A stretch of DNA of 64,000 nucleotides, taken from the NCBI GenBank assembly GCA_963619325.1, contig CAVEVQ010000007.1, forward strand, positions 12,612-76,611, in the 5' to 3' direction. Below the pieces are notes generated by a model. It was not told the origin of the DNA. It was given only the letters and a program-made list of their open reading frames with translations, and made no database searches. This stretch comes from Bacteroidaceae bacterium (lineage in GTDB: Bacteria > Bacteroidota > Bacteroidia > Bacteroidales > Paludibacteraceae). The stretch's first letter is position 1, and every line of letters begins with the position of its first letter. The translations under genes and the position numbers were made by a program. Below, one piece after another: positions 9,907-19,405 of the stretch.

Positions 9907-9943
9907 AGGAGTGTGCTTGACAAAGGCATACTCCTAATTTTTT
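9907..9943 (+). terminator. rho-independent terminator of the OMP gene
   Basis: 10-bp stem aggagtgtgc / gcatactcct (one G-U pair), a 9-nt loop, then aatttttt. Confidence 0.65.
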
Positions 9944-9972
9944 CTTACATTTGCGCTTTCAAAAATACAGAC

Positions 9973-11334
9973 ATGGAAAATTTTGATAGAGGGAATTTTG
10001 GAAGTAAATTGGGGCTTATCCTCGCAACAGCGGGGGGGGCAGTCGGATTAGGCAATGTTTGGCGCTTTCCATACATGGCAGGGGAAAACGGAGGAGCGGC
10101 GTTTATCTTGGTATATTTCGGATGCGTCCTGATTTTAGGACTTCCCTGTATGATTTCAGAGTTCATCATCGGCAGACGAGGGGCTTCTAACACAGCAAGG
10201 GCTTACACAAAAATGGCAAATGGAAGACCTTGGAAATACATCGGATTTCTCAGCGTTCTCACGGGTTACCTTATTACCTGCTACTACGCCGTTGTCTCTG
10301 GTTGGTGTTTGGAATATGTTTATGCCTCCATCACACGCCGCATCAACGGCAACTCTCAAGCAATAGCACAATATTTCTCAGATTTTTCAGAAGACCCTAT
10401 TCGTCCCGTCTTTTGGACAGTCGCAATTCTCCTATTCACCCATTTTGTCATCATTCGAGGCGTAAAAGGGGGAATTGAAAAAGCATCAAAAATCATGATG
10501 CCAACCCTGTTCATACTCCTTATCATCATAGTAGTAGCCTCGTGTATGCTTCCGAATGCGTGGAAGGGAGTTGAATTTCTTTTCAAACCAGATTTTAGCA
10601 AATGCGATGGGGACGTATTCTTAGGAGCCTTAGGTCAATCGTTCTACTCGTTGAGTATTGGTATGGGTTGCGCCTGCACCTACGCTTCCTACTTCAATAA
10701 AGACACCAACCTTGGAAAATCAGCACTTCAAATCGGTGTCATAGACACCGCGGTTGCTATACTTGCTGGGTTGATGATCTTCCCCGCGGCGTTCTCTGTC
10801 GGCACATCACCAGACAGCGGTCCTTCGCTCATCTTTATCACTTTGCCCAATGTCTTTGTTCAAGCATTCGCCTCTTTCCCGACAATAGGTTGGGTTATCT
10901 CCATCATTTTCTACATTTTACTCACTTTAGCTGCTCTCACCTCTCTTATCTCACTTCATGAAGTAAGCACAGCCTTCTTCTACGAAGAGATGAATGTCAG
11001 CAGAAAAAAAGGTGCAATAATAATCACTGTTACATGTTCCATCATTGGAGCATTTTGTTCCCTATCGTTAGGTGCAACAGACGTGCTATCTTTTGGCGGA
11101 AAAAGTCTCTTCGATTGGTTTGACTTTATCACAGGTCAAATATTCCTACCTATTGCAGGATTCTTCACATGTATTTTCTTAGGTTGGTTTATTCCTAAAA
11201 AAATTATACAAAGTGAATTTACTAATAAAGGAACGATCAAGGGAAATATTTTCATGATTTACCTATTCTTGATTCGCTTTGTATGCCCCATATTCATACT
11301 CTTGATATTTTTAAAACAATTGAATTTATTCTAA
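9973..11334 (+). CDS. sodium-dependent transporter, NSS/SNF family (paralog 1)
   Basis: NSS signature N-terminus (GLILATAGGAVGLGNVWRFPYMAGENGGAAF) and ~11-12 TM segments. Start moved to ATG 9973 because the GTG at 9913 lies inside the upstream terminator hairpin. Confidence 0.9.
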   Translation: MENFDRGNFGSKLGLILATAGGAVGLGNVWRFPYMAGENGGAAFILVYFGCVLILGLPCMISEFIIGRRGASNTARAYTKMANGRPWKYIGFLSVLTGYLITCYYAVVSGWCLEYVYASITRRINGNSQAIAQYFSDFSEDPIRPVFWTVAILLFTHFVIIRGVKGGIEKASKIMMPTLFILLIIIVVASCMLPNAWKGVEFLFKPDFSKCDGDVFLGALGQSFYSLSIGMGCACTYASYFNKDTNLGKSALQIGVIDTAVAILAGLMIFPAAFSVGTSPDSGPSLIFITLPNVFVQAFASFPTIGWVISIIFYILLTLAALTSLISLHEVSTAFFYEEMNVSRKKGAIIITVTCSIIGAFCSLSLGATDVLSFGGKSLFDWFDFITGQIFLPIAGFFTCIFLGWFIPKKIIQSEFTNKGTIKGNIFMIYLFLIRFVCPIFILLIFLKQLNLF

Positions 11335-11346
11335 CAAAATACAGCT

Positions 11347-12702
11347 ATGGAAGACAGAGGGGGTTTTAAAAGCAAGATTGGAATCATTTTAGCAACCGCT
11401 GGATCTGCGGTTGGATTAGGAAATATATGGAGGTTTCCATATATGACAGGACAGAACGGAGGAGCGGCTTTCGTCCTTGTCTATTTATTATGTATTCTTC
11501 TTTTAGGGCTACCCGGAATGGTCAGCGAATTTATCGTCGGGAGACACTCGGCGTCCAATGCCGCCAAAGCCTACAAGTCTCTATCAAATGGCAAACCTTG
11601 GAAATTGATTGGCTACGTTGGCATATTCACCTCTATGATTATCCTTGGATTCTACGCAGTCGTGGCAGGTTGGTGCTTGCAGTACCTCTATGCAAGCATT
11701 ATTGGTGAGATTCAGGGAGACGCCAATTTTGTACAAAACTATTTTCAAAATTTCTCGTCAAGTATTTTTCTTCCAATCGTATGGGCTTTGGTGTTCATCT
11801 TACTTACGCACATCGTCATTGTTAAAGGTATTCAAAATGGAATAGAAAAGGCCTCTAAAGTAATGATGCCTATTCTATTCCTTCTCCTCATTATCATCGT
11901 TATAGCATCTTGTTCTCTTCCTGGATCTATCAAAGGAATTGTGTTTTTACTTAAACCTGATTTCTCAAAAGTCACCCAAAACGTTTTCTTGGATGCATTA
12001 GGACAAGCGTTTTTCTCTCTTAGTTTAGGCACGGCCTGTCTTTGCACCTACGCTTCCTACTTCAGTAAAAAAACAGATTTATTTAAATCAGCTTCTCAAA
12101 TTGCTGCTATAGACACAATTATCGCCATCTTAGCGGGCTTAATGATATTCCCGGCTGCTTTCTCTGTCGGAATTGAACCTGATAGCGGAGCATCACTAAT
12201 TTTCATTACACTACCTAATGTCTTCCAACAAGCATTTCAAAACATTCCTACAATAGGATACATCATTTCCATTCTATTTTATTCTTTGTTAGTACTGGCA
12301 GCACTCACCTCCACAATTTCTATGCACGAAATTGCAACTGCATTCTTCCACGAAGAATTTCAAAAATCAAGAAGAAACAGCGCATGGATTACAACCATTG
12401 TTTGTTGCGCAATTGCCATTCTATGTGCATTGTCATGCGGCGCAGTTCCACAATTATCGCTTTTGGGGAAATCATTTCTTGACTGTTGCGATTTTCTCAC
12501 TGCCAAGATTTTACTGCCAATGGGATCTTTTTTCACTTGCCTGCTATTGGGATGGTATGTACCTAAAAATTTGGTGAAAAATGAGTTTACTAACGATGGG
12601 ACAACGAAGACGAAATTATTCAATATCTATCTGTTTATGATTCGTTTCATTTCCCCTATCTGCATCTTGAGCATATTTCTACACGAATTAGGATTATTCT
12701 AA
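11347..12702 (+). CDS. sodium-dependent transporter, NSS/SNF family (paralog 2)
   Basis: 451 aa with the same signature (GIILATAGSAVGLGNIWRFPYMTGQNGGAAF). Collinear with paralog 1, 12-nt spacer. Confidence 0.9.
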   Translation: MEDRGGFKSKIGIILATAGSAVGLGNIWRFPYMTGQNGGAAFVLVYLLCILLLGLPGMVSEFIVGRHSASNAAKAYKSLSNGKPWKLIGYVGIFTSMIILGFYAVVAGWCLQYLYASIIGEIQGDANFVQNYFQNFSSSIFLPIVWALVFILLTHIVIVKGIQNGIEKASKVMMPILFLLLIIIVIASCSLPGSIKGIVFLLKPDFSKVTQNVFLDALGQAFFSLSLGTACLCTYASYFSKKTDLFKSASQIAAIDTIIAILAGLMIFPAAFSVGIEPDSGASLIFITLPNVFQQAFQNIPTIGYIISILFYSLLVLAALTSTISMHEIATAFFHEEFQKSRRNSAWITTIVCCAIAILCALSCGAVPQLSLLGKSFLDCCDFLTAKILLPMGSFFTCLLLGWYVPKNLVKNEFTNDGTTKTKLFNIYLFMIRFISPICILSIFLHELGLF

Positions 12703-12713
12703 ACCACAAGTCA

Positions 12714-13763
12714 TTATGTACGCTTCAAATATACCACCCATAACACGACTGGGACACCTAACAATGCTGTTATTGCATTTATAGGAATGACATAACCATT
12801 GTTAGGCAACTGCGAGAGAATATCACTTAACAACATCACGCATCCACCCAATAAAAACGTGCATGGCATAACTCGACGATGGATTGACGTCTGAACCAAC
12901 AATCTTGCCACATGAGGTACAGCCAAACCGACAAAACCTATCGGACCAGCAAACGCCGTTGCTCCACCTGTCAACAATACAGTTACGATGATAACAATAA
13001 TGCGGACTCGCCTCACATCAACACCAACTCCTTTAGCAAAATCTTCTCCTACCAACAAAGCATCCAATGGTTTTAGCAGTTGTAACATTAGCAACAAGGC
13101 AACTGCTACCAACATTGACATCACAATCAACTGCTTCCATCCTATCAAGGATAAACTTCCAAACGTCCAGTTCAAAAAAAACTTTACAGACTCAGGGTCC
13201 GACAAATTCTGTAGAATAGTGATAACAGCGCCTGCAACTGAACCTAATAACATACCCACAATCAACAACGAGATTGACTCCTTTAATCGAAATGAAGCAA
13301 ACAAAATCAACATAAAAAGTAAAACTGCACCACCCAAAGCAAATATTGCACTCCCCCACTGAACGATAATGCTACTCATCGATATCCCTATAATCGGAAC
13401 CAACAACATAAAAATAGCAACACCCAAAGACGCCCCTGAACTAACGCCCAAAACATAGGGACCCGCCAGAGGATTTCTAAAAAAAGTTTGCATTAACAAA
13501 CCAGAAACCGACAAGGAAAAGCCAACAAGAATTGCCCCTATCGCTTTGGGAATCCTTATTTCAAAAAAAATGGTATGTGCAACTGAATTTTCACTTTCAA
13601 GTCCTTTTAGGAATTCTGAAAATGAAATACTTACACTACCAAACAATATGTCGACGAAAAATAGAATTATCATTAAAACAGACATAAAAACGCAAATAAT
13701 CCCCGTTTTATTTACATTCCATTGATTTTGTTTAAACAAAAAACTCATAAAACGCCAACACAT
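12714..13763 (-). CDS. FecCD/BtuC-family ABC transporter permease (iron-chelate/cobalamin type)
   Basis: 349 aa, ~9-10 TM segments. FecCD-like motifs (FRNPLAGPYVLGVSSGASLG, TGGATAFAGPIGFVGLAVPH). The start among the N-terminal Met codons is uncertain. Confidence 0.88.
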   Translation of the reverse strand: MCWRFMSFLFKQNQWNVNKTGIICVFMSVLMIILFFVDILFGSVSISFSEFLKGLESENSVAHTIFFEIRIPKAIGAILVGFSLSVSGLLMQTFFRNPLAGPYVLGVSSGASLGVAIFMLLVPIIGISMSSIIVQWGSAIFALGGAVLLFMLILFASFRLKESISLLIVGMLLGSVAGAVITILQNLSDPESVKFFLNWTFGSLSLIGWKQLIVMSMLVAVALLLMLQLLKPLDALLVGEDFAKGVGVDVRRVRIIVIIVTVLLTGGATAFAGPIGFVGLAVPHVARLLVQTSIHRRVMPCTFLLGGCVMLLSDILSQLPNNGYVIPINAITALLGVPVVLWVVYLKRT

Positions 13764-13771
13764 TCAAAAAA

Positions 13772-14902
13772 TCACTTCAATCTTTTCACATAACGAGTCT
13801 CAAAATCACTATGATGAAGAACCGCAACTATATCTTCCAAAAGCCAATCAGGATGGGCAACAGCCTCTTCATAAAAATCACTAATTTCAGCAGGTGCAGA
13901 ACGACGCACCGAACGTTTATTGAAATTATAAATTTCCCCATTCTTATAAGACTTAAGGATAGACAAACGCGGATCCAATGCGCGACAACTATTCTCTTGA
14001 CAATTCATCCAAACATCAACGTCTTTCATAGTCTTAAGCACCCATTCCAACCCACAAGTTACAGTACCAACCATAGTATCCGACAAAACATATGTGGCAT
14101 TCGCATCTTCGTATAAAGCCGACATATAGCCCTTTCCTCCCGTAAGGTACCATGTATCTCCAAAGCACCCTCCCGCAAATACAGTAGGACTATACGACAA
14201 TTTTGACGCCTTTATCTTAATATCATTATAATTTTTCTCTATCTCATTAAAAATTGAATCGGCAACAACGTACTTGTCAAAAAAAAGAGAAAAAAACTTC
14301 AACCACTCTGCCCTCCCTAGTGCAGTCGTCTCCCTCCATTCCGCACATACAATAGTCGAACAGACATCAACATTTGGTTTTTCCCTTAAATCAGACAAAA
14401 AGAGCAACTCCGGAGCAGCTGTCAACAGACGTTCTACATCCACCTGCATTGAATTGCCTAACTCAACAATCTTTCCCGATTTCACCCAATCATACACAGT
14501 ATCAGAGTAAATGTATTCCGCATTACAAATAGCGCAAAGAGAAGGTAACACCCCCAGTAGACGATAAAATTCCAAATGAGTCGTACTATTGGAAGCAAAC
14601 CGTTTGAGTGGTATTTCTATCACAATAGAAGAATCTTTTATAACGTGTTTCATCGAGTCTGCCCAACACTGTCTAACCAAATAAAAAAACTGGTCTTCAT
14701 GTTTTTCATCGTCCGTGAAAACATTCAATCTATATCCCCATGGACAACTGTCCACAGAAAACTTTTCCGCATATTTTAATTCTAACTGGGTTGCACATGA
14801 ATCAACCAATAGACCTTTCTCGCCTTTATTTTTCGGAGCAATATCTACTGCACACGAAACCAATGAAAAGAAACCTATAACGACAATACAAAATCTTACC
14901 AT
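13772..14902 (-). CDS. ABC transporter substrate-binding lipoprotein (class III / BtuF-FhuD-like periplasmic binding protein)
   Basis: 376 aa with a lipobox (FSLVSC). Sits 8 nt upstream of the FecCD permease. The family call rests on context and general similarity. Confidence 0.75.
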   Translation of the reverse strand: MVRFCIVVIGFFSLVSCAVDIAPKNKGEKGLLVDSCATQLELKYAEKFSVDSCPWGYRLNVFTDDEKHEDQFFYLVRQCWADSMKHVIKDSSIVIEIPLKRFASNSTTHLEFYRLLGVLPSLCAICNAEYIYSDTVYDWVKSGKIVELGNSMQVDVERLLTAAPELLFLSDLREKPNVDVCSTIVCAEWRETTALGRAEWLKFFSLFFDKYVVADSIFNEIEKNYNDIKIKASKLSYSPTVFAGGCFGDTWYLTGGKGYMSALYEDANATYVLSDTMVGTVTCGLEWVLKTMKDVDVWMNCQENSCRALDPRLSILKSYKNGEIYNFNKRSVRRSAPAEISDFYEEAVAHPDWLLEDIVAVLHHSDFETRYVKRLK

Positions 14903-14952
14903 GCGACGAAGTTTGTTGCAAATTTAGCAAAAACGACCGAATTAATTTCGTT

Positions 14953-14960
14953 CAAAACTA
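14953..14960 (-). promoter_or_regulatory. candidate -7 promoter element (TAGTTTTG on minus strand) for the ABC importer genes
   Basis: Plus-strand caaaacta is TAnnTTTG on the minus strand, 51 nt upstream of the ATG at 14902. Confidence 0.3.
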
Positions 14961-14969
14961 ATAATAGAA

Positions 14970-14977
14970 TAAATTTG
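14970..14977 (+). promoter_or_regulatory. candidate -7 promoter element (TAAATTTG) for the TetR gene
   Basis: Exact TAnnTTTG, 68 nt upstream of the ATG at 15045. Confidence 0.3.
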
Positions 14978-15044
14978 CAAAGAGTATGATAAGATACAAA
15001 GCTACTTATTTAGGACTTTTGAACATAATAGAATAGTCATTACG

Positions 15045-15626
15045 ATGGGAACAGTCAAAACTCGCTCAATATTTATCGACGTCGCACGGAAACTATTTGC
15101 AGAGAAAGGAATGGAGAATACGACGATGAACGATATAGCCAAAGAAGCACAAAAAGGTCGCCGTACGCTATACACCTATTTCAAAAGCAAAGATGATATT
15201 TATTATGCCGTGATTGAAAGCGAACTGTTCATGCTTGCCCATAAATTACAGAAAGAACTTCAAAAGGAGGCCTCTCCCAAAGAGAAACTGATCAACTACA
15301 TCTATGCGAGAATGGAAATTTTCCACGAGGCTGTGATGCGCAACGGAAATCTTCGAGCAAGTTTCTTCCGCAACATTTATGTCGTAGAGAAAAGCCGACA
15401 CAGATTAGACCTGACTGAAATGAAAATGTTAGAAGCAATCCTTGTTGAGGGGAACCAAAGTGGAGATTTTGAGGTCAGGAATCCACAGCTTGCAGCAAAA
15501 TTGATACATTGTGCTTTGAAGGGATGCGAAGTGCCATTCATTCGAGGCGAACTTCGCACTTTCTTCTATCCGGAAAACAAAAAGGGCTTTACCGACTTTC
15601 TCTTGAAAGGACTTAAACACGCTTAG
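15045..15626 (+). CDS. TetR/AcrR family transcriptional regulator
   Basis: 193 aa. N-terminal TetR HTH (ARKLFAEKGMENTTMNDIAKEAQKGRRTLYTYFKSKDDIY). Confidence 0.88.
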   Translation: MGTVKTRSIFIDVARKLFAEKGMENTTMNDIAKEAQKGRRTLYTYFKSKDDIYYAVIESELFMLAHKLQKELQKEASPKEKLINYIYARMEIFHEAVMRNGNLRASFFRNIYVVEKSRHRLDLTEMKMLEAILVEGNQSGDFEVRNPQLAAKLIHCALKGCEVPFIRGELRTFFYPENKKGFTDFLLKGLKHA

Positions 15627-15690
15627 GTTACAAGGGAAAAAAGAGATAATCATTGAAGACTATCCCTTTCATTTTCTCATTACGATTTTA

Positions 15691-16101
15691 TCACTTATCC
15701 TCTTTCACCTCAGCGTAACCGATGGTCTGACCAGAAACCGAGTCCTCTTCAAACACAAAATCACGCGCAACATTCACCACTCGGCAAGCCTTGACCAAGG
15801 TGAACTTACCATTTTTTCGAATGTCATTCAGGAAAATACTTGCAATATTGTCTTGTCCATGCACTGTACCACGACTTGATGCTATTCCCAAATAAGCAGT
15901 GTCTCCAACAACCGTTGCATAATCAATGTATTGCAAAGCAGCCAAATTTTTAATGAAAACCTGTTCCGGAGTAAGAACTCGCTCTTCCTCTACATCTTTC
16001 TTTGTATGGTCCTTAACAGTTACATAAGAACACGACACAAAAGAAATTATCAATAGAATAGAAGAATAAAACCAAACGAAATTTTTTTTCATATTTTTCA
16101 A
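15691..16101 (-). CDS. hypothetical lipoprotein
   Basis: 136 aa. Signal peptide with lipobox (LIISFVSC). No family recognised. Confidence 0.6.
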   Translation of the reverse strand: MKNMKKNFVWFYSSILLIISFVSCSYVTVKDHTKKDVEEERVLTPEQVFIKNLAALQYIDYATVVGDTAYLGIASSRGTVHGQDNIASIFLNDIRKNGKFTLVKACRVVNVARDFVFEEDSVSGQTIGYAEVKEDK

Positions 16102-16113
16102 TTTATTTTACGG

Positions 16114-16121
16114 CAAAAATA
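16114..16121 (-). promoter_or_regulatory. candidate -7 promoter element (TATTTTTG on minus strand)
   Basis: Plus-strand caaaaata is TAnnTTTG on the minus strand, 13 nt upstream of the ATG at 16101. Confidence 0.25.
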
Positions 16122-16141
16122 GTTTTTATCATTTATACAAC

Positions 16142-16149
16142 TATATTTG
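16142..16149 (+). promoter_or_regulatory. candidate -7 promoter element (TATATTTG)
   Basis: Exact TAnnTTTG, 14 nt upstream of the ATG at 16163. Confidence 0.25.
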
Positions 16150-16162
16150 CATATCGATAATT

Positions 16163-16600
16163 ATGGCACGTTCGTTGAAAAACATATCGCTCAGTGGTTT
16201 CGCTACAATGCTTCTCATTGTGGTGATTGCTTGTTTTGGGCGAATGGCGACGTTAACATTTTCTGATAAAAGTGGGATAGACTTTGCAGATAGCGAGATC
16301 GCTACCCTTTCAGAAGAAGATTTCAGAGGAGGTTCCTTAGAAAAAGGAAGAACGTTCTATCACAATAGTGAAATTTTAATGCCCAACGAAATCGCTGTCC
16401 CTGTTTTGGAGAGAAATAATTCAAACAGTTCAAACAGCGGATTAGATCAAACATGTGGAAGAAATGTTTCTTATCTTCAAGCCACTATGGTCTACGCAGG
16501 CATCAGATTGAAAGAGAGTTTCATTCAAGAAAATAGACAGAAATCCCATTTAAAACTGATTGGTTATTACATTTATCAGTTATGTAAAATTATTATTTGA
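16163..16600 (+). CDS. hypothetical membrane-anchored protein
   Basis: 145 aa with one N-terminal TM/signal-anchor (FATMLLIVVIACFG). No family recognised. Followed by a 7-bp hairpin ccctcta/tagaggg at ~16634-16653. Confidence 0.5.
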   Translation: MARSLKNISLSGFATMLLIVVIACFGRMATLTFSDKSGIDFADSEIATLSEEDFRGGSLEKGRTFYHNSEILMPNEIAVPVLERNNSNSSNSGLDQTCGRNVSYLQATMVYAGIRLKESFIQENRQKSHLKLIGYYIYQLCKIII

Positions 16601-16721
16601 AAATTGACCTATTTAGTCTTTGTCATTTCCAACCCTCTACAATGTTAGAGGGTCGGTTGAGATTATACTAAAAAGGAAAACTTTTTACACACACAAATTT
16701 TCAATAATAATTTAAATCAAA

Positions 16722-17264
16722 ATGGAGAGTAAAAATTTGACTTTTGAAGAATACATTACATCAGATAAAGAGAGAATAGAGCAAAAAAAAGTAGTTTCTA
16801 ACCTTGGTATAGCAGCGACACTAATTGGAGTAGTGTTATCAGCACTAACAGCGACTTCGCTTGTTCCAAGCGGAATGCCATCGATGTTGATAGGTTCTGT
16901 TGGAATTGTGATTTTAATCATTGGCATAACAAAACTATTATCAAAAAAGATAGTTTTTGTTGACAAACAATCACAAGAAGAATTAAAAAACTCCGATATA
17001 TTTTTTGACACAACAGAATTAGGAAATATCTCACGTTTGTATGATCAACGCGACTTCGGTTCTATCGCAAACCTAAAGAAAGGAAACCAGTCGGGCATCG
17101 TTTTACATGTATGTGGTACAGAGAATGGCAAACTCTATTATACACAATTGATGAAGTATGTGCCATACCAATATGTGCCAGTCTACGACGCAGTAAAACA
17201 TACAGATGCAAACGAAGTCAATGCTTTAGCAACTCTTGTCCGCTTGTATTCTGAGAAAGCATAG
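16722..17264 (+). CDS. hypothetical membrane protein (2 TM + C-terminal soluble domain)
   Basis: 180 aa with two hydrophobic helices (residues ~25-75) followed by a ~100-aa soluble region. 32 nt upstream of nhaD. Confidence 0.55.
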   Translation: MESKNLTFEEYITSDKERIEQKKVVSNLGIAATLIGVVLSALTATSLVPSGMPSMLIGSVGIVILIIGITKLLSKKIVFVDKQSQEELKNSDIFFDTTELGNISRLYDQRDFGSIANLKKGNQSGIVLHVCGTENGKLYYTQLMKYVPYQYVPVYDAVKHTDANEVNALATLVRLYSEKA

Positions 17265-17296
17265 AACATTCTTTCTCCTTTTAAATCTCTTTTTAT

Positions 17297-18694
17297 ATGT
17301 TGATAGTAATGGTTGTGTTGTTCCTAGCGGGCTATGCGGCTATAGCCTTGGAACACAAAATTAACATCAATAAGGCGGCATCAGCCCTAATACTATGTTG
17401 TCTTTTGTGGATAGTATACATTTTTGCAGCACCAAATTTAATCAGCAATTCAGCCGATTTTATGGTGTATGCAAATGAGAATAGCGAACTATCATTAAAG
17501 GAAAACATATTCAATTTTGTTACCAATGTTCAGATAATTGAGCATGTTGGTGATGTTGCGGAGATTCTATTCTTCCTTATGGGGGCTATGACCATCGTTG
17601 AACTAATTGATGTTCACGGAGGATTCTCTATCATAACAGACCATATAAAAGTAAGCGACAAGCGCAAACTTTTATGGAAAATAGCATTTATCACTTTCTT
17701 TATGTCTGCAGTGTTGGATAACCTCACAACATCGATTGTAATGATCATGATGCTTCGGAAACTCATTAACGATCAGAAAGACCGATGGGTATACGGATCT
17801 ATCATAATCATAGCAGCCAATAGTGGAGGTGCTTTCTCCCCTATCGGAGATGTTACAACAATTATGCTTTGGGTAAAAGGCAACATATCAACTGGGGGAA
17901 TAATTCCAATGCTCATTATTCCAGCCATTGTGTCTGTCGTTGTTCCCACACTATTTGCTTCACGTTTACTTCAACCAAACGCTGCAAAAATTTCAGCGAC
18001 GTCGCAAGTTATAGAAGAATCCGACAATACACAAGGACCTTCTATCTACATTACAAAATTTGAACAACGTTGCTTATTTTTCTTGGGTGTAGGAAGTTTG
18101 TTGTTTGTACCAATTTTCAAAACACTCACACATTTACCTCCATTTATAGGAGTGTTATTAGGACTAAGCATAATTTGGTTCTACACAGAATTGATGTATC
18201 ATCAAAAGAAAAATATGCCTGAAGAATCAAAGGCAACTATTTCTAAAGTCCTAAAGAGAGTTGACATGACGACTATTCTCTTTTTCTTAGGAATTTTGAT
18301 GGCGGTTGCGGCATTGCAATGTGCTGGCATATTAGGAATGTTAGCGACAACATTAGATCATGTTTTTGACAAAAACGTATATATTATCAACGTTATAATC
18401 GGACTTTTATCATCTGTTGTTGATAATGTTCCGTTAGTGGCAGGTACAATGGGAATGTACGACATAGCAGCAACTGGACCATACGCAGTAGATGGAGCAT
18501 TTTGGTTGTTTTTAGCCTATTGTGCAGGCGTTGGCGGTAGCATCCTCATCATTGGTTCCGCTGCGGGAGTTGTTGTTATGGGCTTGGAAAAAATCACATT
18601 TGGATGGTACTTGAAACATATATCATGGCTTGCGTTGTTAGGCTATTTGTGCGGAGCTGCCATCTTCATAGCTACAGAATACTTGATTCATTAA
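17297..18694 (+). CDS. nhaD: Na+/H+ antiporter NhaD (ArsB/NhaD permease superfamily)
   Basis: 465 aa polytopic protein. NhaD-like motifs (FFMSAVLDNLTTSIVM, AANSGGAFSPIGDVTT, SSVVDNVPLV). Confidence 0.85.
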   Translation: MLIVMVVLFLAGYAAIALEHKININKAASALILCCLLWIVYIFAAPNLISNSADFMVYANENSELSLKENIFNFVTNVQIIEHVGDVAEILFFLMGAMTIVELIDVHGGFSIITDHIKVSDKRKLLWKIAFITFFMSAVLDNLTTSIVMIMMLRKLINDQKDRWVYGSIIIIAANSGGAFSPIGDVTTIMLWVKGNISTGGIIPMLIIPAIVSVVVPTLFASRLLQPNAAKISATSQVIEESDNTQGPSIYITKFEQRCLFFLGVGSLLFVPIFKTLTHLPPFIGVLLGLSIIWFYTELMYHQKKNMPEESKATISKVLKRVDMTTILFFLGILMAVAALQCAGILGMLATTLDHVFDKNVYIINVIIGLLSSVVDNVPLVAGTMGMYDIAATGPYAVDGAFWLFLAYCAGVGGSILIIGSAAGVVVMGLEKITFGWYLKHISWLALLGYLCGAAIFIATEYLIH

Positions 18695-18733
18695 TCATAT
18701 ATATAGTTTACAATTGCTTCACAGAAATATGCG

Positions 18734-18788
18734 AAAAAGGGAGGGGTTGGTTGTCGTGATGACAACCAACCCCTCAGTTTTTTTTTAT
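18734..18788. terminator. bidirectional rho-independent terminator between convergent nhaD and adk
   Basis: Perfect 15-bp stem gaggggttggttgtc / gacaaccaacccctc (18741-18755 / 18761-18775), 5-nt loop. A long T-run lies downstream and an A-run upstream. Confidence 0.85.
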
Positions 18789-18797
18789 TATTGGGAA

Positions 18798-19376
18798 TTA
18801 TTTTGCCTCATCAATCGCTTTTGAGATAGACTCAAAAATTTCGTCGATAGAACCAACGCCCTTGATATCAACACAAGTTCCCTCTTTCTTATAGAAATCA
18901 ATGACAGGAGTAGTTTGCTCGTTGTAAGTCTTGATACGCTTTGTAATCGTTTCAAGATTGTCATCAGAACGACCAGAAGTTTTTCCTCGTTCCAAGAGAC
19001 GCTTAATCAGCTCATCCTCATCTACTTGAATATTCAACATTACAGCAACATCAGTACCTCTTTTGTTCAACATTTTCTTAAGAGCCTCTGCCTGCGCATA
19101 CGTACGAGGGAAACCATCAAAAATCACACCAGAAGCACCTTTAGCAGAATCCAACTCAGCATCAAGCATGTTGATAATCAATTCGTCAGTAACCAACTTA
19201 CCTTCATCAATAAAAGTCTTAGCAACCTTTCCCAACTCAGTTTGATCTTTGATTTGCTTTCTCAAAATGTCGCCTGTTGAAAAATGCTTGTAACCATACT
19301 TCTTAATGATGTTCTCACTCTGCGTTCCCTTACCTGAACCAGGAGCTCCAAAAATTACTACGTTCTTCATTTTCAA
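18798..19376 (-). CDS. adk: adenylate kinase
   Basis: 192 aa. P-loop GAPGSGKGTQ, short-lid Adk pattern. Confidence 0.95.
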   Translation of the reverse strand: MKMKNVVIFGAPGSGKGTQSENIIKKYGYKHFSTGDILRKQIKDQTELGKVAKTFIDEGKLVTDELIINMLDAELDSAKGASGVIFDGFPRTYAQAEALKKMLNKRGTDVAVMLNIQVDEDELIKRLLERGKTSGRSDDNLETITKRIKTYNEQTTPVIDFYKKEGTCVDIKGVGSIDEIFESISKAIDEAK

Positions 19377-19405
19377 ACTTATTATCGTTTAGTTATTTTT
19401 ATAAT

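Noticed and set aside
9913-9972. N-terminal extensions from non-ATG track starts (GTG 9913 for NSS-1, TTG 27491 for hisB, TTG 1541 for tsaD, ATG 34331 for DUF4294, ATG 41483 for the DUF2490-like gene)
   Set aside because: The extensions overlap a terminator hairpin, a -7 motif or the upstream gene, and they precede the conserved N-terminus or signal peptide. Internal ATGs fit better.
14903-15044. Cobalamin riboswitch upstream of the BtuF-like binding-protein gene
   Set aside because: The region is only 142 bp and very AT-rich. It has no B12-box-like conserved core and no extended pairing.
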